The notes below the pieces were generated by a model. It made no database searches and was not told where the DNA came from. It worked only from the letters and a program-made list of their open reading frames with translations. The translations under genes were made by a program, and so were the position numbers. Positions 19,102 through 28,179 of a DNA stretch of 64,000 bases are shown here, one piece after another (within the stretch, counting starts at the first letter, position 1; each line of letters starts with the position of its first letter). This DNA is from Pirellulales bacterium (lineage in GTDB: Bacteria; Planctomycetota; Planctomycetia; Pirellulales; JALHPA01). The DNA is taken from positions 410-64,409 of the forward strand of contig JANRLT010000009.1 in the NCBI GenBank assembly GCA_033762255.1, written 5' to 3'.

Positions 19102-19688
19102 TCCGGATCTCCCGTGGAGCCGCGTAAGGCTACCCGCAGTTTTTTTAGTCCCCGAAAAAGCAGCCCCACCACCGCGGGGCGGGAGCGATCTAGCAATTCG
19201 GCAACTTCGCTCACGGGCAATCCCTGCAGATGGTGCAACTCTATCACGCGGCGTTGATCCTCGGGTAGGGTGTTGATTGCCGTGGCTAGGGCCAGCAGTT
19301 CCTCGTTACGTAGGGCCTTGCCGCTGGGGGACGTCTGGTCCGCCGCCAAAAAACATTCCACCCGCGAGGAGGATTGCTCGATATCCCGCAACAAGTTCCG
19401 TTCCCGCGCTAGATCGCGAGCCTCGGTCGAAAAACGCCGCAGCGTCATTGCCAGCGTGTTTGCCAAGATTACCCGCAGCCACGCCAGCCATTCTTGTTCG
19501 GTATGGCCCCGAAACTGCCCCCGATTCTCGTGGGCTTGTAACATGGCTTGCTGCACAATGTCCGAGGCGTCCAATTTGGACTGCAAACGGGGGCTGATTT
19601 GCAATCGAACCAGCAACCGCAAATAATCACGGTATTGGGGCAAGGCCCAGTCACCCGTGGCTGTGGGCAAATTCATGGTCACACTCAT
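19098..19688 (-). CDS. ECF-type sigma-70 family RNA polymerase sigma factor, translationally coupled to the kinase
   Basis: Region 2 DIVQQAMLQAHEN. Region 4 LPEDQRRVIELHHLQGLPVSEVAELLDRSRPAVVGLLFRGLKKLR. ATGA stop/start overlap at 19098-19101. Confidence 0.85.
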   Translation of the reverse strand: MSVTMNLPTATGDWALPQYRDYLRLLVRLQISPRLQSKLDASDIVQQAMLQAHENRGQFRGHTEQEWLAWLRVILANTLAMTLRRFSTEARDLARERNLLRDIEQSSSRVECFLAADQTSPSGKALRNEELLALATAINTLPEDQRRVIELHHLQGLPVSEVAELLDRSRPAVVGLLFRGLKKLRVALRGSTGDPE

Positions 19689-19891
19689 CGGCCGCCGGGC
19701 CGTAAAATAGAGGATGTGCTCCCGGCCAAATTGAAGCGCGAAATATCAAAAAATCGTCCTCATGCCGCAGTTAAAATTGGCGGCGACAGTGACATAGCGA
19801 TTGAGTTATCCTGGACAAACTGATTGATTGTGAAATTCCCTGAACTCGATGGATTCCCCCCATTTCTCCCCCTGGAAAGCGATCAAGTTGT

Positions 19892-20722
19892 ATGCCCCAA
19901 AAACATCAATGTCATTCCTGGTTGCCGCTCCTGATAATGCTGATGCCGCTGGCGGGGCAGTTTTCCCAGGCTACGGGCGCAGACGTTACTCCCCTCCCCA
20001 ATGCCCACGCCCACAATGATTATGAACACCGGCGGCCCCTTTTGGATGCGTTGGAGCAGGGATTTTGCAGCGTGGAGGCGGACATTTTTTTGGTCAATGG
20101 CGAATTGCTGGTGGCGCACACGTTTTTGGATCTAAAAGGAGGCCGCACCCTGCAAAAACTGTATCTTGACCCCTTGCGAGAGAGAATCCAAGCCCAGGCG
20201 GGATTGGTTTACCGCGATGGGCCGCATTTTTACCTGTTAATTGACATTAAGACCGATGCCAAAACGACTTACGCCGAATTAGCCAAGCTGCTGGCCAAGT
20301 ATCCCGAGGTTTTTACAAAAACCGAAAAGGGGCAAACGACCCGGGGGCCGGTCACGGCGGTCATTAGCGGTAATTATGACCGGGAAACGATCTTGGCCAG
20401 CGAACCCCGCTTTGCCAGTGTGGATGGCCGTCCGGATGATTTGCGGGGAACGACCAAGCCCGCGGAAATTCCCTGGGTGAGTGATAGCTGGAAATCCCAC
20501 TTTACCTGGGATGGAACAGGCCCCCAACCCGACGCGGAACGGCAAAAATTACGCGCATACACGGCCAAAGCCCACGAGCAAGGGAGACTTGTGCGATTCT
20601 GGGGAGCTCCTGATCGACAGGAAATCTGGCAGGCCCAATATGAGAATGGCGTGGATTTGATCAATACGGACAAGCTGCCGGAACTGCGAAAATTCCTGCT
20701 GTCGGTCGTCCCCCAGCCATAG
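19892..20722 (+). CDS. Secreted PI-PLC X-domain / glycerophosphodiester-phosphodiesterase-like protein (AIM6-type)
   Basis: Signal peptide, then NAHAHNDYEHRRPLLDALEQGFCSVEADIFLVNGELLVAH, which is characteristic of this family. Confidence 0.65.
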   Translation: MPQKHQCHSWLPLLIMLMPLAGQFSQATGADVTPLPNAHAHNDYEHRRPLLDALEQGFCSVEADIFLVNGELLVAHTFLDLKGGRTLQKLYLDPLRERIQAQAGLVYRDGPHFYLLIDIKTDAKTTYAELAKLLAKYPEVFTKTEKGQTTRGPVTAVISGNYDRETILASEPRFASVDGRPDDLRGTTKPAEIPWVSDSWKSHFTWDGTGPQPDAERQKLRAYTAKAHEQGRLVRFWGAPDRQEIWQAQYENGVDLINTDKLPELRKFLLSVVPQP

Positions 20723-20767
20723 AGCGGCAGCATGAGAAATTAGACAATAGTCCGTTCGTTGGCGGTA

Positions 20768-20810
20768 TAAAAAAAGCCCCGGAAATGCGTACATTTCCGG
20801 GGCTTTATCG
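20768..20810. terminator. Bidirectional intrinsic terminator between convergent genes
   Basis: 12-bp stem GCCCCGGAAATG / CATTTCCGGGGC (20776-20787 / 20792-20803) with a 4-nt loop. It is flanked by an A-run upstream and TTTAT downstream. Confidence 0.75.
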
Positions 20811-20836
20811 TTGGAGCTAAATTACCAATGACCCGC

Positions 20837-23800
20837 TTAGGCCGCGCGGCGACGCAAACCCAGCACACCCAGGCCGATGGCCGCCAGCGATCCCAACACC
20901 CAGGTGGAGGGTTCGGGGATGGCGGTGACAACAGGGTTGCTAAGCGGGTTGCCGACACCATTATTAAAGTTACTATCGATGGGCAGGTAATCCGCGGGTG
21001 TGACAACGCCGTCAAAGTCACCATCGCCCAGGGTCCAGCCACCGGATAGACCCGGTGTAATGGTCCCCAGATTGGAGTCCACAACCACGTAGTCCGCGCC
21101 ATCGACTTGGCCATCCAGGTTGTAGTCGCCAGGATAGGTAAAGCGGATGATCACCTGGTTAAAGCCGGTCCCCAGATTGGCATCTCCCAGGGTCAGGTCG
21201 TAGAATGGATTGCCGACGTTGCCAAACTGGCTATTGGCGTTATCCACGGGGATGAGAATCCGCGTGCCGCCCGAATTATCCACCACGGTGCTGCCGATCA
21301 TCGGCACGTTGCTTCCGGGAGCGGAACCAAAGCTGTAATAATTATCCACGTATTGGGTAATGGTGGCCAAGGGGTTGGGGTCCAGTCCCATGTCCGTGTA
21401 ATAAACGACCATGTCATTGTCATTCAGGTCGATAAACGATTCATTACCCAGGACCAAGGCGGGAGTTCCAGCGGGGGTATTATTCAACACAACCAAGCCG
21501 TTGCTGGCGCCGTCCGTGGAGGCGACATTCAAGCGGGTAAAGGTTGAGGCGGAACCAGCGGTTAAGGTCAGCTTGCTTTGACGCAGGCCATCAACCGTGA
21601 GGGATTTTTCGGAGGCGATGGTGGTATTGCCCACCGCCGTGCCAAATCCAGCCCCCGTGCCGGTGACGCGCCCCACGACTTGATTGCCATTAACCACGCT
21701 TAGGGTGCTGGTGCCACTGGAAGTAACAATCTTGGCCTTGTTACCGCTGCTGCTACCCAGGGCGCTGACGTTTCCGCCCAGGGTCAGGGTGCTACCCGCG
21801 GCCAGCGTCGCGGTGACATTGGTACCGACCGTACTGGTTGTCCCGGTGGGCAGGCTAAAGTTCAGGCCAGTCCCATTGACATTGATCGCGGTATTGTTCC
21901 CCAAATTGAGCGAGGACGACAAGGTTTGCGTGCCGGTCCCGGCGGTGCTGATCACCGGTGCGGGGCCTGTCAAGCTAAGGACGTTCGCGCTAGGTCCGCT
22001 GATGGTGTAGCTGACCGAGCTATTAAAGGTCAGCGTATTGAGTGAGCGGCTCGAGTCCAAGTTAGCCGGAGATCCGCCCATCCCCAGGAAGCGGGCTTCA
22101 ACAACCGGGGTAAATCCCGTGGACCAACTGCTAGCGGAGCTCCAGTTGGCTCCGCCGGCGCCGACCCATTCGGCGGTGCCGGGCGTGACATTGACCACGA
22201 TGCGGGAGTTGGCCGCGTCATCCGCCAAGCTCAGGGCAAATCCGCCCAAGGAAGGCGAAGATAGGGCAAAGTTGCCCAGTCCCCCCACAAAACTGCCGTA
22301 ATCAATCAGCGGATAGGTTCCCAAGCCAAAGCCAGGAAGATTGCTAAAGTTAAATGTGCTGATCCCCGCGGCGTTCAACACGCCCGAGTTCAATTGCAGC
22401 AGATCGCTGGAGGAACCCAATTCGAAACTGAGGGTGGAATTGAGCAAGCTCAAGCCTCCATCGAGGGTCAGCGTTCCCGCGCCCGTGGTTCCCGGGGCGA
22501 TATTCCCGCCACTGGTTACCAGCCCCGAGATAATCCCCGTTCCCGCCAAGGTTCCGGTGGGGTTGACGCCGACCGCCCCGGTCCCCGTGCCGGAGCCAGT
22601 GGTGTTTGTCACGGAGAGTGTGCCTTCCGAGATCGTGGTTATACCTTGATAGGTGTTGGCGTTGGTCAAGGTCAGCGTGCCGGCCCCTTGCTTAATAAAG
22701 TTACCCGCGGTGTTATTGCTGGTAATCAGGGCGTCGATCGTGGCGTTATTGCCGTTGGTGTTAAACGGAATCGCGACGCTGCCGCCGGCTGTGGGGGCCA
22801 AAATGAACGAGCGAGTCGTGGGAATAGTGATATTGGGAGCGTCAAAACGGAACGCTCCGTTGCCATTCCAAGTATCATGAAAAATTGTTCCTACATTGCC
22901 CAGGGCGGCGTTGCTGGTGATGGCCAGGGTACCGCGATTCATCAGGATGTCGCCGGAGAGGGAGTTGTTGGGATTGTCCAAAATCACCACGTTGTTGTGG
23001 TTGCCGCCGGCGTTAGTGTCGAGCAGGTTATACAGTTGCCCGGCGGTACCACCGCTGAGGACGCCCGTCAGACGGACGCCGGTTTGCAGGATCGATGGAG
23101 CTCCGCCGGTTGCCGTGCGAATGACAAACTGTTGCGTGTCGCCGATCCCGGGAAGGGTGATGTCGTTGGCGACGGTCCGGACTTCGCCATTAGTCACGCG
23201 GAAGTTGATCTTGCCAGTGCCAGTGAGGACCAGCGGACCGGTTCCCAGAGGGGTGGCTCCCGGAGCATCAAGCAGCAATTCCAGGGTGCCTTCATTAAGG
23301 GTGGTTCCCCCGGCGTGGCTATTGGTGGGGTTGTTTAAGAAGACCGTGCCCGTGGTATTGATCACCAGGCCACCCGCACCGCTGAGCGGATTGGCAAGGG
23401 TCAGGTTGTTGGCTGCGGCGTTGATGGTGTTCGAACCGGTCAGGGAGATCCCCCGATTCGTATTAAAATTAAACGCCGTGTCAAGCTGCAAGTTACCGTT
23501 ATTCAGCGTTAATTGATCGGCGACCAAAGCACCCGGAGCCGTTCCCAAAGGCGCCTCGGAAGAAAGCACCAGCGTGCCGCCGCCGCTAACCGTGGTCTTG
23601 CCCGAGTAAGTATTGGCGTTATTCAGGGTAACCGTGCCAGTGTTGGTGATCGCCACGCTTCCCGTGCCGCTAATGACGGAATTAACCGTGGTGGGACCGG
23701 CATTATTAATAACAAAGCTGCTATTATTGACCACGGGTCCGGTGATCGAGCCATCCGTCACCCCATCCCCAATTCGCAGGGTGCCCGCGTTGATAGTCGT

Positions 23801-26800
23801 GGTACCTGTGTAATTGCCCGCCACACCCAAAGTCAGGGTGCCGGTCCCGCTCTTGGTCAGCGAGCCGGTGCCATTTAGACTGCCACCGCCCGAAATGGTG
23901 TAGTTTTGGTTGTGATTAAAGGTCATCACGCCCGGAGTGATGGCAGTAGTCAGCGTGACCGGAACGGCCCCACCAACGCCCGCGTCTGTAAAGTTCACAT
24001 TGTCCAAATTGAAAAAGACATTATCCACTCCGGACCAGTTGGGCGTGCTATTCACATCCCAAGCATTGTTGGCGGCATTTCCCACCCAGGTTTGGTTGGC
24101 GGCACTGCCGGAGACATTTAATTTGACCGATCCGGGAGTTGAAACGGTGTCAAAGGCCAGAGTTTGGCGGGTTTGACCGGAAGTGTTCAAGCTGAGGTTG
24201 GACGCGTCCCCCGTCAGCGTGCCCCCGTATGTAAAGAGGGTGTAGCTGCCACTAGCTAACCCGCCATTCAGGGTGGCGTTGATCGTGTTGGTGCCGCTGA
24301 GGGTCAGATTACCGTTGATGACCCCCAAGTCATTCACGCCGCCGCCGGTGGTGGTAACATTGTTGAGGTCCATTGCCACGGAAGCGCCGTTGAGGGTCAA
24401 GTTATTGGCAAAGGTCGCGGTGCGGTAATTGCCGCTCCCCCCCAGATTCAGATTGCCATTGATCGTGACCAAACCCAGGACGTCGGTTGCGGGAGCGCCC
24501 GTCCGACCAACGGTAAGTGTGCGGCCGGTGTCGATGGTGTATCCCGCGGCGGTGCCGGTGGTGTCGAACCTGCCGCCGCTGTTGACCGTGATGGGAAGCG
24601 TGGTGTTGGTCAGGGTGGCGCCATCGTTGATTTTGAACGTGCCGCCGTTATTGACAATGACGGCGGGTGTATCCAGCGATGCCCCAAATGCCAGTTCCAG
24701 GGTGCCGTTATTGACCGTGGTATTTCCCAGGAAAGTGCTCACGCCATTGAGGCTGGTGGTGCCGGAGCCAATCTGGACGATTCCACCAGCACCGCTGATT
24801 GGATTATTTACCGTTGAGGCGTCAGACCGGTTAAACGCCACCGTTGCGCCGCTAGAGATATCCACGGCGTTGGAGCCGAGCGTGCCGGTGGTGCCCCCCG
24901 CGCCAATTTGCAGCGTCCCGGCCACAACTTGGGTATCCAGATACGTGTTGGTGCCGCTGAGCACCAGGGTCCCCGTGCCGATTTTACGCAAAGTCGCGCC
25001 GGAAATGTTCCCCGCCACCGTGCCGGTAAATCCACGGCTATCGATTTTTTCATTACCGACCAGATTGATCGCGCGGGTCGCGTTCAGCGTGACGTTATCC
25101 ACGTCAAATCGCAAACCGCCGTTGAAATTGCCTAAATCCATCTCGATGAGGTCTGCATTTCCCAGGGCGGCGTCGTTGACGATCCCCAGCGTGCCGCGCC
25201 ACAGTTGGATCGTGCCGCTAAAGTTATTGGCGGGGTTGGTCAGCACAACGGAAAAGTTGTGGTTTCCCCCTTGGTCGGAATCGGCCAGACGATAATTCTG
25301 ACCAGCGGCACCACCGCTGATTTGGCCGGAAAGGACAAGCGTGGTGCCCAATGTCGGGCTGCCATCGCCCGTGCGGATAAAGACGCTATTTGCCCCGGTG
25401 GCGGGAAAGACCATGTTATTTGCCACGGTCCAGGTTTGCCCGTCCGGGACCAGGGCGTGCAGCCGGTGCAATCCCGTAAATGTCAACGTCCCGGTTCCCA
25501 GCGAATCCGGACTGCCGATGGCAATCGTCCCGCCGCTATGGGTGATGCCGGTTGAATAGCCCCCATTTGCACCCCCCAGGGTCAATGTTCCACCGCTGAT
25601 TTTGGTAATGGCCCCCGGGCCGCTGATGACGCCGTTGAGCAACCCGCTGGAGAGTTCCAGCACGCCCCCATTCAACGTAGTCGTGCCGGAATAATTGGCG
25701 GCTCCGGAAAGGGTAACCGTGTTAGTGCCTAGCTTGACCAGATTGCCGGTGCCGCTGATCGCTCCCGTCAGGGCAAAATTATCCGAGCGATTCAGATTCA
25801 AGGTGCCGTTATTTACAATCGCGCCGGCCAGCGTACCGGTTGTGCCCCCATTGCCAATGTTGACCGTGCCGGCGTTGATGTTGGTCGCGCCGGTGAATGT
25901 ATTGTTATTGAGAATGGTGAGGGCGCCGGTGCCGTTTTTGATCAGTCCCGATGCACCGGTGATGGCCCCCGGCCCGCTAAAGGTGTAATCATTAGCCGTG
26001 TTATCGACCCGCACAACCGCCGGTTGAACGTTGGTGGGGATGTTGACGTTAAAATTGCCGGTGGCCGTGTCATCAAATGTCACTTCCGCGTTGTCCACAT
26101 AAGTGGTGGCAAAATTGTTAGGGATGGTCCGCCAATTTTGGGTGGTATTGATATCCCAATTGGCGTTGACCGAACCACTCCACTTGACGTTGGCCACGCC
26201 GGCGATGTCCCCTTCCACTAGCAAATTATCCACCGCCCACCACCAGTCGTTACCGGCGTTGGTCATGCCAAACCGAAAGACCATTGAGCCGCTGTTGGGG
26301 TTGTTCACCGCCAACGAGACCGACTCATTAACCCGCACCAGCGAACTGCTGCCGCCGGGGGTATTTGCTGTGTTATAAGTCAAAATATTGGAGAAATTTG
26401 CCCCGCCGTCAAAGCTGACATCGACAAGCGCGGTCATGCCATCATACGGACGCCAGCTAGAATCAAACTTAAAGTCGATGGAATTCGCGGCTACGTTGCT
26501 CAGGTCGATCGGGGCGGTGGTAATAAAGACATTAAATTCCCCCGGTTCGATCGTCCCATTCGGCGAATCGTCATAGGCGTCCGGGTCAGCTACCATCACC
26601 GCGCCACTTCCCAGGGCGAATTGGTCGCGGGCCTGGTTCCCTTCGGTGGCGATCCAGGATTCCTTCCGCATAAAGGTAAAGCCGAAAAATTCGGGTAATG
26701 TAAAGTCGGGCGTGGTTGTGTTATCACGTGTCCAACCTGCTGGAAGCGTGTCCGTCCAGTCAGTCCCGTTGCCGCCGCTTTCCGTACCAGAGACAAAGGG

Positions 26801-27022
26801 CCCCAGCGTCAGCGAATCAAAATTTTCAGAATAAAGATTGGCAGCGTGGGCTTGATACAGATTCACGCCACTTAGCAACCCGACACAACCCGCAGCCAGG
26901 AGTTTGCCCCGTAATTTGCCGTTTGCAAGTGCTCCGGCGCTAGACCAGCCGGTTGGGATGGTTTGGGAGATCAGGTTGCTTAATCGACGGCGAAGAGTTG
27001 TACGGCGGTTGGTGTGTGACAT
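20837..27022 (-). CDS. Giant (2061 aa) PEP-CTERM-anchored surface protein with autotransporter-associated beta-strand (PATR) repeats and a dockerin/EF-hand-like segment
   Basis: Many repeats of the type G(A/S)GxLxKxGxGTLTLxGxNTYxGxTxxxxGTL. Dockerin-like DYNLDGQVDGADYVVVDSNLG...GDGDFDGVVTPADY. C-terminal IPEPSTWVLGSLAAIGLGVLGLRRRAA. Confidence 0.9.
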   Translation of the reverse strand: MSHTNRRTTLRRRLSNLISQTIPTGWSSAGALANGKLRGKLLAAGCVGLLSGVNLYQAHAANLYSENFDSLTLGPFVSGTESGGNGTDWTDTLPAGWTRDNTTTPDFTLPEFFGFTFMRKESWIATEGNQARDQFALGSGAVMVADPDAYDDSPNGTIEPGEFNVFITTAPIDLSNVAANSIDFKFDSSWRPYDGMTALVDVSFDGGANFSNILTYNTANTPGGSSSLVRVNESVSLAVNNPNSGSMVFRFGMTNAGNDWWWAVDNLLVEGDIAGVANVKWSGSVNANWDINTTQNWRTIPNNFATTYVDNAEVTFDDTATGNFNVNIPTNVQPAVVRVDNTANDYTFSGPGAITGASGLIKNGTGALTILNNNTFTGATNINAGTVNIGNGGTTGTLAGAIVNNGTLNLNRSDNFALTGAISGTGNLVKLGTNTVTLSGAANYSGTTTLNGGVLELSSGLLNGVISGPGAITKISGGTLTLGGANGGYSTGITHSGGTIAIGSPDSLGTGTLTFTGLHRLHALVPDGQTWTVANNMVFPATGANSVFIRTGDGSPTLGTTLVLSGQISGGAAGQNYRLADSDQGGNHNFSVVLTNPANNFSGTIQLWRGTLGIVNDAALGNADLIEMDLGNFNGGLRFDVDNVTLNATRAINLVGNEKIDSRGFTGTVAGNISGATLRKIGTGTLVLSGTNTYLDTQVVAGTLQIGAGGTTGTLGSNAVDISSGATVAFNRSDASTVNNPISGAGGIVQIGSGTTSLNGVSTFLGNTTVNNGTLELAFGASLDTPAVIVNNGGTFKINDGATLTNTTLPITVNSGGRFDTTGTAAGYTIDTGRTLTVGRTGAPATDVLGLVTINGNLNLGGSGNYRTATFANNLTLNGASVAMDLNNVTTTGGGVNDLGVINGNLTLSGTNTINATLNGGLASGSYTLFTYGGTLTGDASNLSLNTSGQTRQTLAFDTVSTPGSVKLNVSGSAANQTWVGNAANNAWDVNSTPNWSGVDNVFFNLDNVNFTDAGVGGAVPVTLTTAITPGVMTFNHNQNYTISGGGSLNGTGSLTKSGTGTLTLGVAGNYTGTTTINAGTLRIGDGVTDGSITGPVVNNSSFVINNAGPTTVNSVISGTGSVAITNTGTVTLNNANTYSGKTTVSGGGTLVLSSEAPLGTAPGALVADQLTLNNGNLQLDTAFNFNTNRGISLTGSNTINAAANNLTLANPLSGAGGLVINTTGTVFLNNPTNSHAGGTTLNEGTLELLLDAPGATPLGTGPLVLTGTGKINFRVTNGEVRTVANDITLPGIGDTQQFVIRTATGGAPSILQTGVRLTGVLSGGTAGQLYNLLDTNAGGNHNNVVILDNPNNSLSGDILMNRGTLAITSNAALGNVGTIFHDTWNGNGAFRFDAPNITIPTTRSFILAPTAGGSVAIPFNTNGNNATIDALITSNNTAGNFIKQGAGTLTLTNANTYQGITTISEGTLSVTNTTGSGTGTGAVGVNPTGTLAGTGIISGLVTSGGNIAPGTTGAGTLTLDGGLSLLNSTLSFELGSSSDLLQLNSGVLNAAGISTFNFSNLPGFGLGTYPLIDYGSFVGGLGNFALSSPSLGGFALSLADDAANSRIVVNVTPGTAEWVGAGGANWSSASSWSTGFTPVVEARFLGMGGSPANLDSSRSLNTLTFNSSVSYTISGPSANVLSLTGPAPVISTAGTGTQTLSSSLNLGNNTAINVNGTGLNFSLPTGTTSTVGTNVTATLAAGSTLTLGGNVSALGSSSGNKAKIVTSSGTSTLSVVNGNQVVGRVTGTGAGFGTAVGNTTIASEKSLTVDGLRQSKLTLTAGSASTFTRLNVASTDGASNGLVVLNNTPAGTPALVLGNESFIDLNDNDMVVYYTDMGLDPNPLATITQYVDNYYSFGSAPGSNVPMIGSTVVDNSGGTRILIPVDNANSQFGNVGNPFYDLTLGDANLGTGFNQVIIRFTYPGDYNLDGQVDGADYVVVDSNLGTITPGLSGGWTLGDGDFDGVVTPADYLPIDSNFNNGVGNPLSNPVVTAIPEPSTWVLGSLAAIGLGVLGLRRRAA

Positions 27023-27059
27023 CTAGTGAGTCCTTGTTTGGGCCTGGGGAAGTAGAAAT

Positions 27060-27480
27060 TCTCAGTGTAAAGTCAGTAAAAATGCGGAATGGATCAGGTT
27101 CACAATGCGCGATTCATAGTTTAGAGGCAGATAATTATTATGGTGTTAAGTAACAATTAGGATTGTGTTAATATCCTTGCAGTTTCGCATGAGTATAAAG
27201 CATTTCCCACACAAGTGCAGGGATTGGTATTTAGAATTTGATGAAAATATTGTTAGGGATATGATTTGCCAGTGCAGTCGTATTTGATATGGCCAATATA
27301 TGGTCTCAATGCTTTAACAAACACTTTATCCACGTGGGTGAAGTCGATTTTGCCCGATTTTATGGTAAAAACCAGCTTGTAACTTGTATTAAAATTATAT
27401 TTTAATGAAATTCATCCTTGTTACATGGCTTTGTTTCGCCACAGTTGGTGGTCTCAAGGAATTATTGTTTCTTACTCCTT
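27060..27480. promoter_or_regulatory. Markedly AT-rich divergent intergenic region (promoter/leader for the giant adhesin gene and the lipoprotein-DUF1559 pair)
   Basis: About 600 nt without a credible ORF. It is visibly A/T-rich compared with the flanking coding DNA. Confidence 0.4.
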
Positions 27481-27647
27481 GAACTTGCCACTCTCCGCCC
27501 GCACCGGGTATCCTGACAATAACGTCGCTATCGAACGCGGATAAGCCATTGCCTCCACTCCGTTATCCATCACCGCCATCTGATTTGTGGTGTGAAATTT
27601 TGCATTTAATCCCCCCTACGCCTGTGCACAATTCCTTTTTGACGCAA

Positions 27648-28097
27648 ATGGCGCGGTATTTCGCCCTGGCGTTATTGTTGGGTTTTTTCACTGGATTTTC
27701 TGGCTGTGGATTTGGCACGCCCCAGCCAGTTCAGGGGACGGTGTTGGTGGATGGTAAGCCCTTGGAAGGCATCATGGTCGGATTTTATTCCGATGATAAG
27801 GCCACCGCCCAAGACGCGCTGTGGGGAATTGGATATACTGATAAGGCTGGTAATTTTCAGGTGACGGAAACCAAAGCGGCGCTGGGGGGCAAGGGTCTTC
27901 CGGCGGGACGATACCGGGTTTATTTTCGGCGAAATGTCGATGCCAGCGGCAAACTCATGCCGGCGAATTTAAAGGTTGAAGACTCTCCCGGAGCCAAGTC
28001 CAGCATTGCCAGTAAATACACCAGCGTGCAGGAAACACCAGTGCGGGAAACTATCGGCACGCAAAACACATTTCGCTTTGAGATTCCCTCGCAATAA
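27648..28097 (+). CDS. Small lipoprotein with a carboxypeptidase-regulatory-like (Ig-like) domain, the usual partner of DUF1559 genes
   Basis: ATG at 27648. Lipobox LLLGFFTGFSGCG. The segment GTVLVDGKPLEGIMV is typical of that fold. Confidence 0.65.
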   Translation: MARYFALALLLGFFTGFSGCGFGTPQPVQGTVLVDGKPLEGIMVGFYSDDKATAQDALWGIGYTDKAGNFQVTETKAALGGKGLPAGRYRVYFRRNVDASGKLMPANLKVEDSPGAKSSIASKYTSVQETPVRETIGTQNTFRFEIPSQ

Positions 28098-28179
28098 TGT
28101 CGTCTCCGACGACTGGTCAAAGGTTGTCGTCCCTGCCTAGGACGCTAATCCATTTACGATTCATTTTTTCGGGTGTCGT

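Noticed and set aside
21107-26834. Many plus-strand ORFs (e.g. 22394-23338 at 314 aa and 24429-25295 at 288 aa) inside the giant adhesin gene
   Set aside because: They are shadow frames created by the repetitive Gly/Thr/Asn coding of the minus-strand gene. They have no start context and no protein-like motifs.
27549-27647. Upstream extension of the lipoprotein ORF
   Set aside because: The ATG at 27648 gives a canonical lipoprotein signal with a lipobox. The extension is non-hydrophobic read-through.
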